The notes under the pieces: generated by a model
Database searches by the model: none
The model's input: the letters and a program-made list of their open reading frames with translations, nothing else
Told to the model about the DNA's origin: nothing
Source of the DNA: an uncultured Facklamia sp.
GTDB lineage: Bacteria; Bacillota; Bacilli; Lactobacillales; Aerococcaceae
Assembly: GCA_964471435.1 (NCBI GenBank)
Contig: CAYYGA010000001.1
Location: 108,944-172,943, forward strand
Length of the DNA: 64,000 nt
Direction: 5' to 3'
In this document: positions 47,194 through 57,068 of the stretch, piece by piece
Numbering within the stretch: position 1 is the first letter of the stretch
Layout of the letters: every line of letters starts with the position of its first letter
Position numbers and translations under genes: made by a program

Positions 47194-48699
47194 ATGACAC
47201 GTATAATTCAATTTTTTGACACTACCCTTCGCGATGGTGAACAGACCCCTGGTGTGAATTTTAATACCCAAGAAAAAATTCAACTTGCGCTGCAATTAGA
47301 GTCCTGGGGTGTCGATGTAATAGAAGCAGGTTTTCCAATTACTTCACAAGGAGACTTCGAAGCAGTTCAAGCTATTGCTGATGTTTTAACTACTACTACA
47401 GTAGCCGCTTTAGCAAGGTGTAATAAAAAAGATATTGACCGGGCTGCAGAAGCTTTGGCTCAATCCGATAATAAACAATTACATATTTTTCTTGCCACCA
47501 GCCCTGTCCACCGTGAAAGTAAATTAAATAAAACAAAAGAAGAAATTTTAGAAATAATAGAAGAACATGTAACTTATGCCGCACAGTATTTTGAAAAGCT
47601 GCAGTTTTCACCCGAAGATGCTACTCGGACAGAGTGGGACTTTTTAGCTGAAGCAATTGAAACTGCCATCCAAGCAGGTGCTAGCATTATTAATATACCC
47701 GATACGGTCGGCTATACCAATCCTGAAGAATATGGGGCCCTGTTCCGCTATTTAAAAGACCATGTTCCTTCTTTCAATCAAGCTGTTTTCTCTTCCCACT
47801 GTCATGATGATTTAGGAATGGCTGTCGCTAACTCTTTAGCTGCTATTGAAAATGGAGCTGACCGAGTGGAAGGTACCATCAATGGGATTGGAGAACGAGC
47901 AGGAAATGCTTCATTAGAAGAAATTGCGGTCGCTTTACATATTAGAAAAGATCACTACCAGGTTACTTGTAATATACAATTAGAAAAAACCAAAGAAACC
48001 AGTGATTTAGTTTCACGTTTATCCGGTATGCCGGTACCCCGTAATAAAGCAATAACAGGAGCAAATGCTTATGCCCACGAATCGGGTATTCATCAAGATG
48101 GTGTTTTGAAAAATCCTGAAACCTATGAAATAATCACTCCTCAGCTGGTAGGTGTGCCTTCTAATGATTTACCGTTAGGAAAGTTATCCGGTCGTCACGC
48201 TTTTACAGAGCGGATGATTAACTTGGGATATGATATGTCAGATCAAGAGGTAGTGAATACCGCTTTTGCTAAGTTTAAAGATTTAGCCGACAAGAAAAAA
48301 TTAGTTACTACTACAGATTTACGTGCCTTAATGACCGGAAAAGAAATTGAATCTTACAGTCGCTATCAGCTTGCACGGTTGAATGTTCAAAATATTGAAG
48401 AAGGTATTCATGCTGCAACGGTGGCAGTTTATGATGCCACCCAAGACAATACTATCATCCAAGAAACCTCTACAGGCCCAGGTTCAGTCGAAGCCATTTT
48501 TCGTGCAATTAACAAAATAGTCGACTATGACTATCCGTTACGGGAATATTATGTGGATGCTATCTCAAAAGGAGCTGACTCTCAAGCTCAAGTACATGTC
48601 ACCATCGAAAACGCTGAAGGAGACCTTTTAAATGGCACTGGGATTGACTTCGATGTGCTGACTGCTTCTGCCAAAGCTTATTTACAAGCTCTAAGATAA
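47194..48699 (+). CDS. leuA: 2-isopropylmalate synthase
   Basis: 501 aa. [13 protein letters not shown] and [12 protein letters not shown] motifs. Confidence 0.92.
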   Translation: MTRIIQFFDTTLRDGEQTPGVNFNTQEKIQLALQLESWGVDVIEAGFPITSQGDFEAVQAIADVLTTTTVAALARCNKKDIDRAAEALAQSDNKQLHIFLATSPVHRESKLNKTKEEILEIIEEHVTYAAQYFEKLQFSPEDATRTEWDFLAEAIETAIQAGASIINIPDTVGYTNPEEYGALFRYLKDHVPSFNQAVFSSHCHDDLGMAVANSLAAIENGADRVEGTINGIGERAGNASLEEIAVALHIRKDHYQVTCNIQLEKTKETSDLVSRLSGMPVPRNKAITGANAYAHESGIHQDGVLKNPETYEIITPQLVGVPSNDLPLGKLSGRHAFTERMINLGYDMSDQEVVNTAFAKFKDLADKKKLVTTTDLRALMTGKEIESYSRYQLARLNVQNIEEGIHAATVAVYDATQDNTIIQETSTGPGSVEAIFRAINKIVDYDYPLREYYVDAISKGADSQAQVHVTIENAEGDLLNGTGIDFDVLTASAKAYLQALR

Positions 48700-48748
48700 A
48701 AAACTTCTCACTTACATTCAAAAACATATTTAAGAAAGGAAGAAGCCT

Positions 48749-49786
48749 ATGTATAAAATAATCTCTTTAGCTGGAGACGGAATCGGCCGAGAAATAATGG
48801 ATTCCGCCTTAGAAATTTTAGCTGCCGCCAGTGAAAGCAGCTCCTTTAACTATCAAATTGAAGCCCATGACTTTGGTGGGGCCGGTATCGATCAACATGG
48901 CCAGCCTCTGCCTGAAGAAACTTTAACTGCCTGCAAATCATCGGATGCGATTCTACTGGGAGCGATCGGAGGCCCTCAATGGGTGGACAGCCCTGAAACA
49001 CCTGAAGACGGATTATTGGCCCTGCGAAAAGCCCTTAATTTATATGCCAATGTGCGTCCCATAAAATTGAATCAAAAACTAATCGAACGCTCTCCTTTAA
49101 AAGCTGACATTGTCAATGGTACCGACTTTATCATTCTAAGAGAATTAATCGGAGGCCTTTACTTCGGTAAACCGAAATACCATACTAATGAAGAAGCTTT
49201 TGATACCATGTATTACAACCGGGCATCGATTGAAAAAATCATTAAACAGGCTTTTGAATTAGCACGGAGTCGACGTAATAAACTGACTTCAGTTGATAAA
49301 GCCAATGTGCTAGCCAACAGTAAACTCTGGCGCAAAATTGTAGAAGAAAAATCAGCTGATTATCCTGATGTAGAAGTCGAGCATCTATATGTGGATGCTG
49401 CTTCTATGAAAATAATCTCACAGCCTGCTGATTTTGATGTAATTGTTACAGAGAATTTATTTGGTGATATTTTAAGTGATGAAGCAACGGTTATTATGGG
49501 ATCTTTAGGAATGGCGCCTTCTGCCAGCCTTAGTACGGACGGTCCTTCCCTGTTCGAACCGATTCATGGCTCAGCACCCGATATCGCCGGACGAAATATC
49601 GCAAATCCTATGTCGATGATTCTTTCGCTTACTATGATGCTTCGCATGTCTTTTAAAGAAGATGTTCTAGCTAAAAAAATAGAGCATGCCTGTCAAATTA
49701 CCATGGACAAAGGAATCTTAACTGCTGATATGGGAGGCCAGGCAAGTACTATAGAGTTTACACAAGCTGTGATTAATGCTTTATAG
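48749..49786 (+). CDS. leuB: 3-isopropylmalate dehydrogenase
   Basis: 345 aa. NLFGDILSDEA and EPIHGSAPDIAG motifs. Confidence 0.92.
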   Translation: MYKIISLAGDGIGREIMDSALEILAAASESSSFNYQIEAHDFGGAGIDQHGQPLPEETLTACKSSDAILLGAIGGPQWVDSPETPEDGLLALRKALNLYANVRPIKLNQKLIERSPLKADIVNGTDFIILRELIGGLYFGKPKYHTNEEAFDTMYYNRASIEKIIKQAFELARSRRNKLTSVDKANVLANSKLWRKIVEEKSADYPDVEVEHLYVDAASMKIISQPADFDVIVTENLFGDILSDEATVIMGSLGMAPSASLSTDGPSLFEPIHGSAPDIAGRNIANPMSMILSLTMMLRMSFKEDVLAKKIEHACQITMDKGILTADMGGQASTIEFTQAVINAL

Positions 49787-49849
49787 CCTAAAAATAGTCA
49801 GTAACCTTGTAAAAATCGAAAAAAATATTTCTAAAAGGGAGGTCTTTAA

Positions 49850-50476
49850 ATGGAAAAATTTAAGATTGAAGAAGGGTCTTTAATTGTTATTAATCATCCA
49901 AAACAAGAATTGAAAAAAGTTTTCCCCGCTGCTTTTATCAAACAAACAGAAATAGGAAATTTTCAAGAGTATCTATTTTATCATCAACGCTTTTTCCCAG
50001 GCCTGCCTCGAAAAAAAAGACCGGATTTTATTTTAAATCAACTTGATAGTCAAGAAATAACGGCGCACTTTCTCCTAGTAAGTTCTGCTTTTGGTTTAGA
50101 TGATGACGAGGATGCTGGTCTGGCCGTGATTACCGCTTTGAAATCCATCGGTCTTCGTGCGCTAATCGGCCGTAAGTTTGGGGAGCAGTTCAAAATGAAT
50201 GCCTTAAAAAAAGGATTATTGATAATTGAGCTCACCCATGATGATTGGCAGCATTTAATAGACTGGCAGGCGGATCAAGCTCAAATAAATCCATTAATTA
50301 AAATAGATTTAATTAATGAGAAAATTATTTTTAATCATTCAGAAATGAATTTTACCCTAAATAAAAGTATAAAAAACCATTTTTTAAAAGGAGAAGATCA
50401 AATCAGTTATTCATTACAATTTCTTAATGCAATTAAAGCATACGAGGAAAATCTAACTTATAATAAATATAAATAA
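49850..50476 (+). CDS. LeuD-like (aconitase swivel domain) paralogue with degenerate substrate-loop motifs
   Basis: 208 aa, RBS AGGGAGG. It is collinear by eye with the real LeuD at 51965-52573 (EYLF/EFLF, PDFILN/PSFPLN, GLRALIG/GFRVVIAG, FKMNALKKGLL/FYMNSLKNGLL, IDL/VDL, AIKAYE/ALKSYE). NVNTDQILP is replaced by PKQELKKVFP, and GGSSREHA by GLDDDEDA. Confidence 0.6.
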   Translation: MEKFKIEEGSLIVINHPKQELKKVFPAAFIKQTEIGNFQEYLFYHQRFFPGLPRKKRPDFILNQLDSQEITAHFLLVSSAFGLDDDEDAGLAVITALKSIGLRALIGRKFGEQFKMNALKKGLLIIELTHDDWQHLIDWQADQAQINPLIKIDLINEKIIFNHSEMNFTLNKSIKNHFLKGEDQISYSLQFLNAIKAYEENLTYNKYK

Positions 50477-50515
50477 AATTTTCTATTCCTCACTATCATT
50501 TGAAAGGAGTTTAAT

Positions 50516-51910
50516 ATGAAGCAAACGTTATTTGATAAGGTGTGGGATGCCCATGTGCTTACCGGAGAAACAGGCGACTCCCAACTTTTGTATATCGACT
50601 TGCATCTGATTCATGAAGTGACTTCCCCTCAAGGATTTGAAAGTTTACGAATTGAAGGACGCCCGCTGCGCGCACCTGAAAAAACCTTCGCAACTATTGA
50701 TCATAATAACCCTACAAAAGATATTTTTAATATTAAAAATCCGATTGCCCGTAAACAGATTGAAACTTTACAAAAAAACTGCCGCGACTTTGGAGTTGAG
50801 TTACTTGATCACGGTTCAGCTAAACAAGGCATTGTTCATATGGTAGGCCCCGAACTTGGTTTAAGTCAACCCGGAAAAACCATTGTTTGTGGTGACTCTC
50901 ATACGGCAACACACGGTGCTTTTGGAGCTATTGCTTTTGGGATAGGTTCTTCTGAAGTAGAACACGTTTTCGCTACCCAGGCTCTATGGCAGAAGAAACC
51001 AAAAAATTTGCGTGTAAATATTACCGGCCGGCTTCAAGAGGGTGTGTATGCCAAAGATATTATTTTATATTTAATTTCTCATTATGGAACCGATTATGGA
51101 ACTGGTTATGCGATAGAGTTTGCGGGCGAGGCGATTGAAAATCTTTCAATGGAAGGACGAATGACCATCTGCAATATGGCGGTTGAATTTGGGGCAAAAT
51201 ACGGCATCATTCAACCTGATCAAAAAACTTATAATTATGTGAAGGGTCGTGAAAAAGCTCCCCGAGACTTCAATGCGGCTGTTGAATACTGGCAAACACT
51301 CTATACCGATGGCAATGCCGTTTTTGATCACGAAATAAGTATAGATATATCTAATTTAGCTCCTGTTGTAACTTGGGGAACCACACCTGCTATGGGCCTT
51401 CCAATTGATCAAGCCTTTCCTACTGCCACCGATCATAATGATGAGCGAGCTTATGAGTATATGAACCTAGAACCGGGCATGAAGGCTGAACAAATACCCA
51501 TAGAGTATGTCTTTATTGGATCATGCACCAATGCACGTTTAGAAGATTTGATAGAAGGAGCCAAATATTTGAAAGGGCGTAAAGTAGCTGAACATATACA
51601 AGCTATTGTTGTGCCCGGCAGCCGAGTGGTCAAAACACAAGCTGAAGAAATAGGGTTAGCGCAACAATATATGGATGCCGGTTTTGAGTGGCGTGCCCCC
51701 GGCTGCTCCGCTTGTATCTCAATGAACGGCGACTTTATTCCTGCGCGTAAGCATGCAGCGTCCACTACCAACCGTAACTTTGAAGGACGTCAAGGACCAG
51801 ATTCCAGAACACATCTTTGCTCACCTGCAATGGCAGTTCTTGCTGCGGTTAAAGGTCATTTTTATGATACACGTTTAGATGATCAAGAGATTGCAGCAAC
51901 TGAAATTTAA
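50516..51910 (+). CDS. leuC: 3-isopropylmalate dehydratase large subunit
   Basis: 464 aa. [17 protein letters not shown] and PGCSACI Fe-S ligand motifs. Confidence 0.92.
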   Translation: MKQTLFDKVWDAHVLTGETGDSQLLYIDLHLIHEVTSPQGFESLRIEGRPLRAPEKTFATIDHNNPTKDIFNIKNPIARKQIETLQKNCRDFGVELLDHGSAKQGIVHMVGPELGLSQPGKTIVCGDSHTATHGAFGAIAFGIGSSEVEHVFATQALWQKKPKNLRVNITGRLQEGVYAKDIILYLISHYGTDYGTGYAIEFAGEAIENLSMEGRMTICNMAVEFGAKYGIIQPDQKTYNYVKGREKAPRDFNAAVEYWQTLYTDGNAVFDHEISIDISNLAPVVTWGTTPAMGLPIDQAFPTATDHNDERAYEYMNLEPGMKAEQIPIEYVFIGSCTNARLEDLIEGAKYLKGRKVAEHIQAIVVPGSRVVKTQAEEIGLAQQYMDAGFEWRAPGCSACISMNGDFIPARKHAASTTNRNFEGRQGPDSRTHLCSPAMAVLAAVKGHFYDTRLDDQEIAATEI

Positions 51911-51964
51911 CTTAATCAAAAGTTAAATGACCGGCAATAATGTTAATAAAAAGGAGGAAGTTTA

Positions 51965-52573
51965 ATGCAAGCATTTACCGTTCATCGTGGGACAACTGTT
52001 ACTCTGTGGGAAGACAATGTGAATACCGACCAAATTCTTCCCAGCCGTTATTTAAGTCGTATAGAAAAAACAGGCTACGATGAATTTTTATTCGCTAACT
52101 GGCGTTACTTAATTACCGAAGCAGAACCTGAATCAAGAAAACTTAACCCCAGCTTTCCATTGAATCTACCAGACCGTCAAGGAGCGAGTATTTTAATTAC
52201 AGGTGATAATTTCGCAGGAGGCTCTTCAAGAGAACATGCCGTTTGGGCCTTGGATAATTATGGTTTTCGCGTGGTGATAGCAGGTTCCTATTCAGATATT
52301 TTTTATATGAACTCTTTAAAGAATGGTTTATTGGCCCTTACACTGCCTTTAGAAGATCGCGAGCTGCTAGCTCAATTAGCGGGCGATGAAGAAATTGAAG
52401 TAGATTTAGTAAAGCAGGAAGTTAGGACAGCTGATACTACTTTTTCTTTTAAAATTGATGAAGAATGGCGTTATAAATTACTTCACGGTATTGATGATAT
52501 TACTCAAACTTTGGAACATGAGACAGCTTTAAAAAGCTATGAAGCCAAGTGGGATCCTTTCTATCAAAAGTAA
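51965..52573 (+). CDS. leuD: 3-isopropylmalate dehydratase small subunit
   Basis: 202 aa. NVNTDQILP and NFAGGSSREHAVWAL motifs. Confidence 0.92.
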   Translation: MQAFTVHRGTTVTLWEDNVNTDQILPSRYLSRIEKTGYDEFLFANWRYLITEAEPESRKLNPSFPLNLPDRQGASILITGDNFAGGSSREHAVWALDNYGFRVVIAGSYSDIFYMNSLKNGLLALTLPLEDRELLAQLAGDEEIEVDLVKQEVRTADTTFSFKIDEEWRYKLLHGIDDITQTLEHETALKSYEAKWDPFYQK

Positions 52574-52611
52574 GAATCTAATAAATGGTCAAGTATGAGA
52601 TAAAACCAAAC

Positions 52612-52675
52612 AGAACCCTCCTAAATGCTGTGTTTTAACTGTTTTAACAGTCAGCATTGAGGAGGGTTCTTTTTG
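52612..52675 (+). terminator. Terminator of the leu operon
   Basis: AGAACCCTCC (52612-52621) pairs with GGAGGGTTCT (52661-52670). An inner AATGCTG/CAGCATT pair is present, followed by TTTTT. Confidence 0.8.
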
Positions 52676-52736
52676 GTATATGTGTTGTATCAAAAGAAAA
52701 AGATTAGTAAATCCAATTTATCATAATCTAGAAAAT

Positions 52737-53486
52737 CTATAATGCCTCAACATGTAATAAGTCCATTATTTGTTTTCGATAAGCTAAGAACTGATCATCA
52801 GTTCTGCCTCTAGGATGATCTAGTTCGATCGGAATAATTTCCATTACACGACCAGGTCGCGGCGACATCACAATTACTTTCTCACTCAGATATATTGCCT
52901 CATCAACATCGTGAGTCACCATAATCATTGTAATATTATTTTTTTCCCAAATACTTAACAGCTCTGTTTGTAGTCGAAGTCGGGTAAATGCATCGAGGGC
53001 ACCTAAAGGCTCATCTAATAAAAGAATTTCAGGATTATTATAAATAGCTCTTGCTAAAGAAACTCTTTGAGCCATCCCTCCAGATAATTGATGAGGGTAT
53101 GCTTGCTCAAACCCACTTAAGCCAATTGTATCGATCATCTCCTGCACAGGCATTTGCTTATTTTTTAATTTCCCAAGTATCTTTGGACCAAATTTTATAT
53201 TGTCTTCTACCGTCAACCAAGGAAATAAGGTTGGACTTTGGAAAGCCATCCCAATCTTGCTGTCAGGACCAGTCACCTCTTTTGTATCAAGCACAATTCT
53301 ACCTGTAGTAGGAGGTGTTAACCCGGCAATAATACGAAGAAGTGTTGATTTACCAGACCCACTTGCTCCTACAATACTGATGAATTCTCCTTCTTGAATT
53401 TCAAGATTAATTGAATCCAAGGCTTTGGTCACCGTGGCATCTGTATTAGCGAATATTTTTGAAACATCATCGATAAATAAATCCAC
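52737..53486 (-). CDS. ABC transporter ATP-binding protein, NitT/TauT (SsuB/TauB-like) family
   Basis: 249 aa. GTG start. Walker A GASGSGKST, signature LSGGMAQR, Walker B LLLDEP. Confidence 0.85.
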   Translation of the reverse strand: MDLFIDDVSKIFANTDATVTKALDSINLEIQEGEFISIVGASGSGKSTLLRIIAGLTPPTTGRIVLDTKEVTGPDSKIGMAFQSPTLFPWLTVEDNIKFGPKILGKLKNKQMPVQEMIDTIGLSGFEQAYPHQLSGGMAQRVSLARAIYNNPEILLLDEPLGALDAFTRLRLQTELLSIWEKNNITMIMVTHDVDEAIYLSEKVIVMSPRPGRVMEIIPIELDHPRGRTDDQFLAYRKQIMDLLHVEAL

Positions 53487-53489
53487 CGC

Positions 53490-54497
53490 TTAAACACTCC
53501 CCTCTTGCCACTTAAGGACGTACCGTTTAATTTTATCTAATAAAAATTTAACCGTAACAAAAATCAAGCAGATAATCACAATAGCCGCGTACATTTTGTC
53601 GTATTGAGCCCAGTTACGCTGCCATGTGACGTACCAACCTAAACCTGACTCCACCCCAACCATCTCTGCGAAGATTAATGCTGTACACGCAGTACTCATG
53701 GCTTGAGTAAGCCCTTGAAAGATATTTGGCATTGCTCCTGGTATAGTTACTCTGCGAATGAGCTGCTGGTCATTGGCTCCCAAAACTTGGGCTGCTTCAT
53801 AGTAAGATTGACTAATGTTATGTATTCCAGCTATCGTTGATAAAGATACCGAGAACCAGACACCTAAGGCAATAATGAATACCGCACCGGTAAATAGTGA
53901 GGTGACTAAAACCATTACGATTGGAATCCATGTAATGGTTGGAATCGCTCCGATTAAACTCATAAAAGGCGCTAACCAATAATTGACTCGTTTACTGTAG
54001 CCACAAATAATACCAGTAATTAATCCTAAAGCAACGCCCCAGCCGTAACCCGTAAATAAGAGCTTGAGAGAATTTAATATTGAATCTAAAAGATATGCCC
54101 GGTCATCAATCATGGCATTTATAATTGCATCCACCCAAGGGAAATAAGGTAAAGTTAAGCGTCCTGTTTTAAGTGTCATTACATCATATATAATCAGCAG
54201 AACATATACCAATGTATGAAATGGTGCTTTATATCGCAGCCGCGCAAATGCTTTCTTAGAAAAAAGCGAGGCGATAAAATAAATGGTTGAACCTGCTATA
54301 AAAATTAATAGAAAATAGACATAATTCATAGTTTGCTGCTGCGAGCCTTCATTTTCTATAAACCAATATTCCAAGATGGCTAAAACACCTGCTACGATTG
54401 GCAGAAAACAAATCACCCGATCAATGAATATTTCTTGTTTTGTTTTTGGTTTACTTTCAAGCTCTAGAAGCTCTTCTTTCGTAATTGTTTCTGACAT
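53490..54497 (-). CDS. ABC transporter permease, NitT/TauT family, with an N-terminal extension
   Basis: 335 aa. EAA-type loop YEAAQVLGANDQQLIRRVTIPGAMP. There are about 3 extra TMs N-terminal to the usual 6-TM core. Confidence 0.8.
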   Translation of the reverse strand: MSETITKEELLELESKPKTKQEIFIDRVICFLPIVAGVLAILEYWFIENEGSQQQTMNYVYFLLIFIAGSTIYFIASLFSKKAFARLRYKAPFHTLVYVLLIIYDVMTLKTGRLTLPYFPWVDAIINAMIDDRAYLLDSILNSLKLLFTGYGWGVALGLITGIICGYSKRVNYWLAPFMSLIGAIPTITWIPIVMVLVTSLFTGAVFIIALGVWFSVSLSTIAGIHNISQSYYEAAQVLGANDQQLIRRVTIPGAMPNIFQGLTQAMSTACTALIFAEMVGVESGLGWYVTWQRNWAQYDKMYAAIVIICLIFVTVKFLLDKIKRYVLKWQEGSV

Positions 54498-54568
54498 ATC
54501 ACACCTCCATCATTAATAAAATTTTGGGCTATTTCGCAATAGCCCAAAGTTGAGGATACTCTTATTAT

Positions 54569-55603
54569 TTAGTTCTGTGGGGACCAAATCATCTCCATTA
54601 ATTCTTCGACAGTTTTATCAGCATCCATAAAACCAAATGTTTGGTAATCAGCAATAATTGCTTTAAGTGTTGCTTCAGTAGTGGCATCTGACACTTTATA
54701 ATCTAATGATTTAATATAATCAACAGTCGTATCGCGATCACCTGTAGTCCAGTCGTTTGCATACAATGCATCAACAAAGTCTTCTGGGTTCTCCGCAGCC
54801 CACTCACGAGTTCTTTGAATCGCACGTGCTACTTTCTTGGCGGCAACCGGATTATTTGTAACAAAGTCATTATTTGCATAAAATGCACAACAAGCTTCTT
54901 GACTAAAATCTTCATCAAACGATAATGAACGAACGCGTTTTAATGTCCCGTTCTCAACGAAATCCCATGCAAATTTGTCGGTTAATATAACGCCTTGAAT
55001 TTCCCCGCTTTCGACTGCCTGCACAGCTGCACCACTGTCTACTTGACGATAATTGATATCTAATGGATCAATTCCGTCATTATTAAAGAAGCGGAAAGCA
55101 ATATTTTGGTCTGATGATCCAGTTCCTTCAGGTACCGCTACGATTTGTCCTACTAAGTCAGCAGTATCATTAATTTCATCGTTGTTTAAAACATAAAGTG
55201 ATTTACAACCTACATGCAGTCCAGTTAACGTAGTATATCCTACATCATTAGCAATCGGAATAACGTTAGTAGAAATATGTCCTGCTGTTACGTCCGCTTG
55301 CCCTGTCCCTAGTGCATCAGAGTTACTTGCAGCTTGATAGATTTCAATTTGTAAGCCTTCTTCTTCATAAAAGCCTTCAGTTAAAGCCACTCCTATAATG
55401 CCTGTACAATCTCCACCACTATAAGCTACCTTGATAGCTTCATTAGCTTTAGGTTCACTCTTAAATGCTTCTTCCTCTTCAGCTGTGATTTCAACAGTAA
55501 CAACGTCATTGTCCTGAGCATTGACAGTAGTCATTGCCGCTTGTGCGAATGGTAAAGTTGCCAGTGATAAAGCTATAATTTTTTTTACGAATGATTTTTT
55601 CAT
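54569..55603 (-). CDS. ABC substrate-binding protein, NMT1/SsuA/TauA-like (paralogue 2)
   Basis: The start is set at MKKSFVKK (ATG 55603, RBS GGAGGA). Signal peptide ends VNA-QD with no lipobox. Four Cys (GGDCTG, VGCKS, EACCAFY) are shared with the neighbouring paralogue. Confidence 0.75.
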   Translation of the reverse strand: MKKSFVKKIIALSLATLPFAQAAMTTVNAQDNDVVTVEITAEEEEAFKSEPKANEAIKVAYSGGDCTGIIGVALTEGFYEEEGLQIEIYQAASNSDALGTGQADVTAGHISTNVIPIANDVGYTTLTGLHVGCKSLYVLNNDEINDTADLVGQIVAVPEGTGSSDQNIAFRFFNNDGIDPLDINYRQVDSGAAVQAVESGEIQGVILTDKFAWDFVENGTLKRVRSLSFDEDFSQEACCAFYANNDFVTNNPVAAKKVARAIQRTREWAAENPEDFVDALYANDWTTGDRDTTVDYIKSLDYKVSDATTEATLKAIIADYQTFGFMDADKTVEELMEMIWSPQN

Positions 55604-55635
55604 ATTTTCCTCCAATGTTAAGTCGCTTAAATTTA

Positions 55636-56664
55636 TTAGTGTTGTGGTCTCCATACCATTTCTAATAATTCTTCATCGGTCATACTATCATCAATAAAGC
55701 CAAACTCTTTATAGTCTGAGATAACCATCTTTAATGATTCTTCGGTATCACTATCCGTCACACCGTAATCTAACTCTGCAATATAATCATTTATAATATC
55801 AATGTCACCAGTAGCCCAATTATTCTCTATCATGACATTCACATACTCTTCAGGATTTTCAACAATCCACTCACGTGTTTTTTGAATTGCACGTGTCAAT
55901 TTTTTAGTCGCAATAGGATTTTCTGCCTGAAAATCATTATTAATATAAATTCCACAACATGGCTGCCAACTGAAATCTTCATCATAAGACAAAGCACGCA
56001 CATATCTTAATTGACCACTATCAACGAACTCTCTTGCAAATTGATCATTAAGTACGACCCCTTGAACCTCACCATTTTCAATCGCTTGTACTGCTGCTCC
56101 AGAGTCTACTTGACGGTAATTAATTGATAATGGGTCAATACCATCCGCTTTGAAGAATCGGAAAGCAATATTTTGGTCTGAAGCTCCCATTCCATCAGGA
56201 ACAGCTAATATTTGACCTACCAAATCCGCAGTAGTTTCTATATCGCTGTCAGTAGCGACATAAATTGATTTACAACCTGTATGAGCTCCCGTCACCATGG
56301 AGAAGTTTACACCATTAGCCATTGGTACCATTGCTGTAGCAATATGATCCCCAGAGATATCTGCCTGCCCGGTACCTAATGAATCATTAGCGCTGCTCAT
56401 ACTGATTATCTCAGTGTTTAAGCCTTCCTCTTCATAAAACCCAAGTGCTTGCGCTACTCCAAGGACTCCTAAACAAGTTCCACCATTATAGCCCACTTGA
56501 ATAAGTTCATTCGCAGCGTCCTCTTCTTGAAAAGCTGTTTCTTCTTCTTGACTTATTTCAACAGTGACCACTTCTTCTGCACTTACGGTCGGAATAAAAG
56601 CACTACCAGCTCCTACAAGTAAAGTTGATGCCACAACCATTGCTTTAACTAACGTTTTTTTCAT
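55636..56664 (-). CDS. ABC substrate-binding protein, NMT1/SsuA/TauA-like (paralogue 1)
   Basis: 342 aa. Signal peptide ends VSA-EE with no lipobox. Collinear with 54569-55603 along its whole length (GGTCLG, TGCKS, QPCCGIY). Confidence 0.75.
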   Translation of the reverse strand: MKKTLVKAMVVASTLLVGAGSAFIPTVSAEEVVTVEISQEEETAFQEEDAANELIQVGYNGGTCLGVLGVAQALGFYEEEGLNTEIISMSSANDSLGTGQADISGDHIATAMVPMANGVNFSMVTGAHTGCKSIYVATDSDIETTADLVGQILAVPDGMGASDQNIAFRFFKADGIDPLSINYRQVDSGAAVQAIENGEVQGVVLNDQFAREFVDSGQLRYVRALSYDEDFSWQPCCGIYINNDFQAENPIATKKLTRAIQKTREWIVENPEEYVNVMIENNWATGDIDIINDYIAELDYGVTDSDTEESLKMVISDYKEFGFIDDSMTDEELLEMVWRPQH

Positions 56665-57068
56665 AACTATTGTCTCCCTTATGTTTGATAAAAAATAGCT
56701 TGAACTTTACAACATGCTCATTGTATCGCATGACTTTAAAAGCTACAATGGGGCCTTAAATCATTAATAATTATTTTAAATAAACCTTTAAAAATAATTT
56801 TAAACGTTTTTTTATTTTTTGAATCCCTTTTCATTTTTTAATAACAACCTTAATCTAAATTAATGAGTAAAATCTTAAGGTATTATAACCTATGCCACAG
56901 TAAAACATCGGGTTATTTTAATAAACTAGGATACTTCCAAGAGATATATAAAATTTATATCTTAAAAATTTTATACTTATTAATAAATATAATTAGTTAA
57001 AAGTAATTATTTTCCTTATTATATTCATAACATGAGAAATAGTGAGCAAGGAAGAAAGGAAGTATATA

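Noticed and set aside
52631-52650. Direct repeat TGTTTTAAC TGTTTTAAC downstream of leuD.
   Set aside because: It sits in the loop of the leu operon terminator hairpin. Two short copies only, so no independent feature can be supported.
56760-56830. Direct repeats (ATAATTATTTTAAA / ATAATTTTAAA, T-runs) in the same spacer that might suggest a repeat array.
   Set aside because: This is low-complexity AT-rich sequence with no regular spacing and no repeat-spacer organisation. It is not a CRISPR array or a mobile-element end.
56942-56962. Inverted repeat AGATATA-N7-TATATCT in the spacer between the ABC operon and the HGD-D operon, a possible operator.
   Set aside because: A 7-bp A/T-only repeat in a 377-bp spacer that is almost entirely A/T is expected by chance. 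No regulator gene is present in the locus to bind it.
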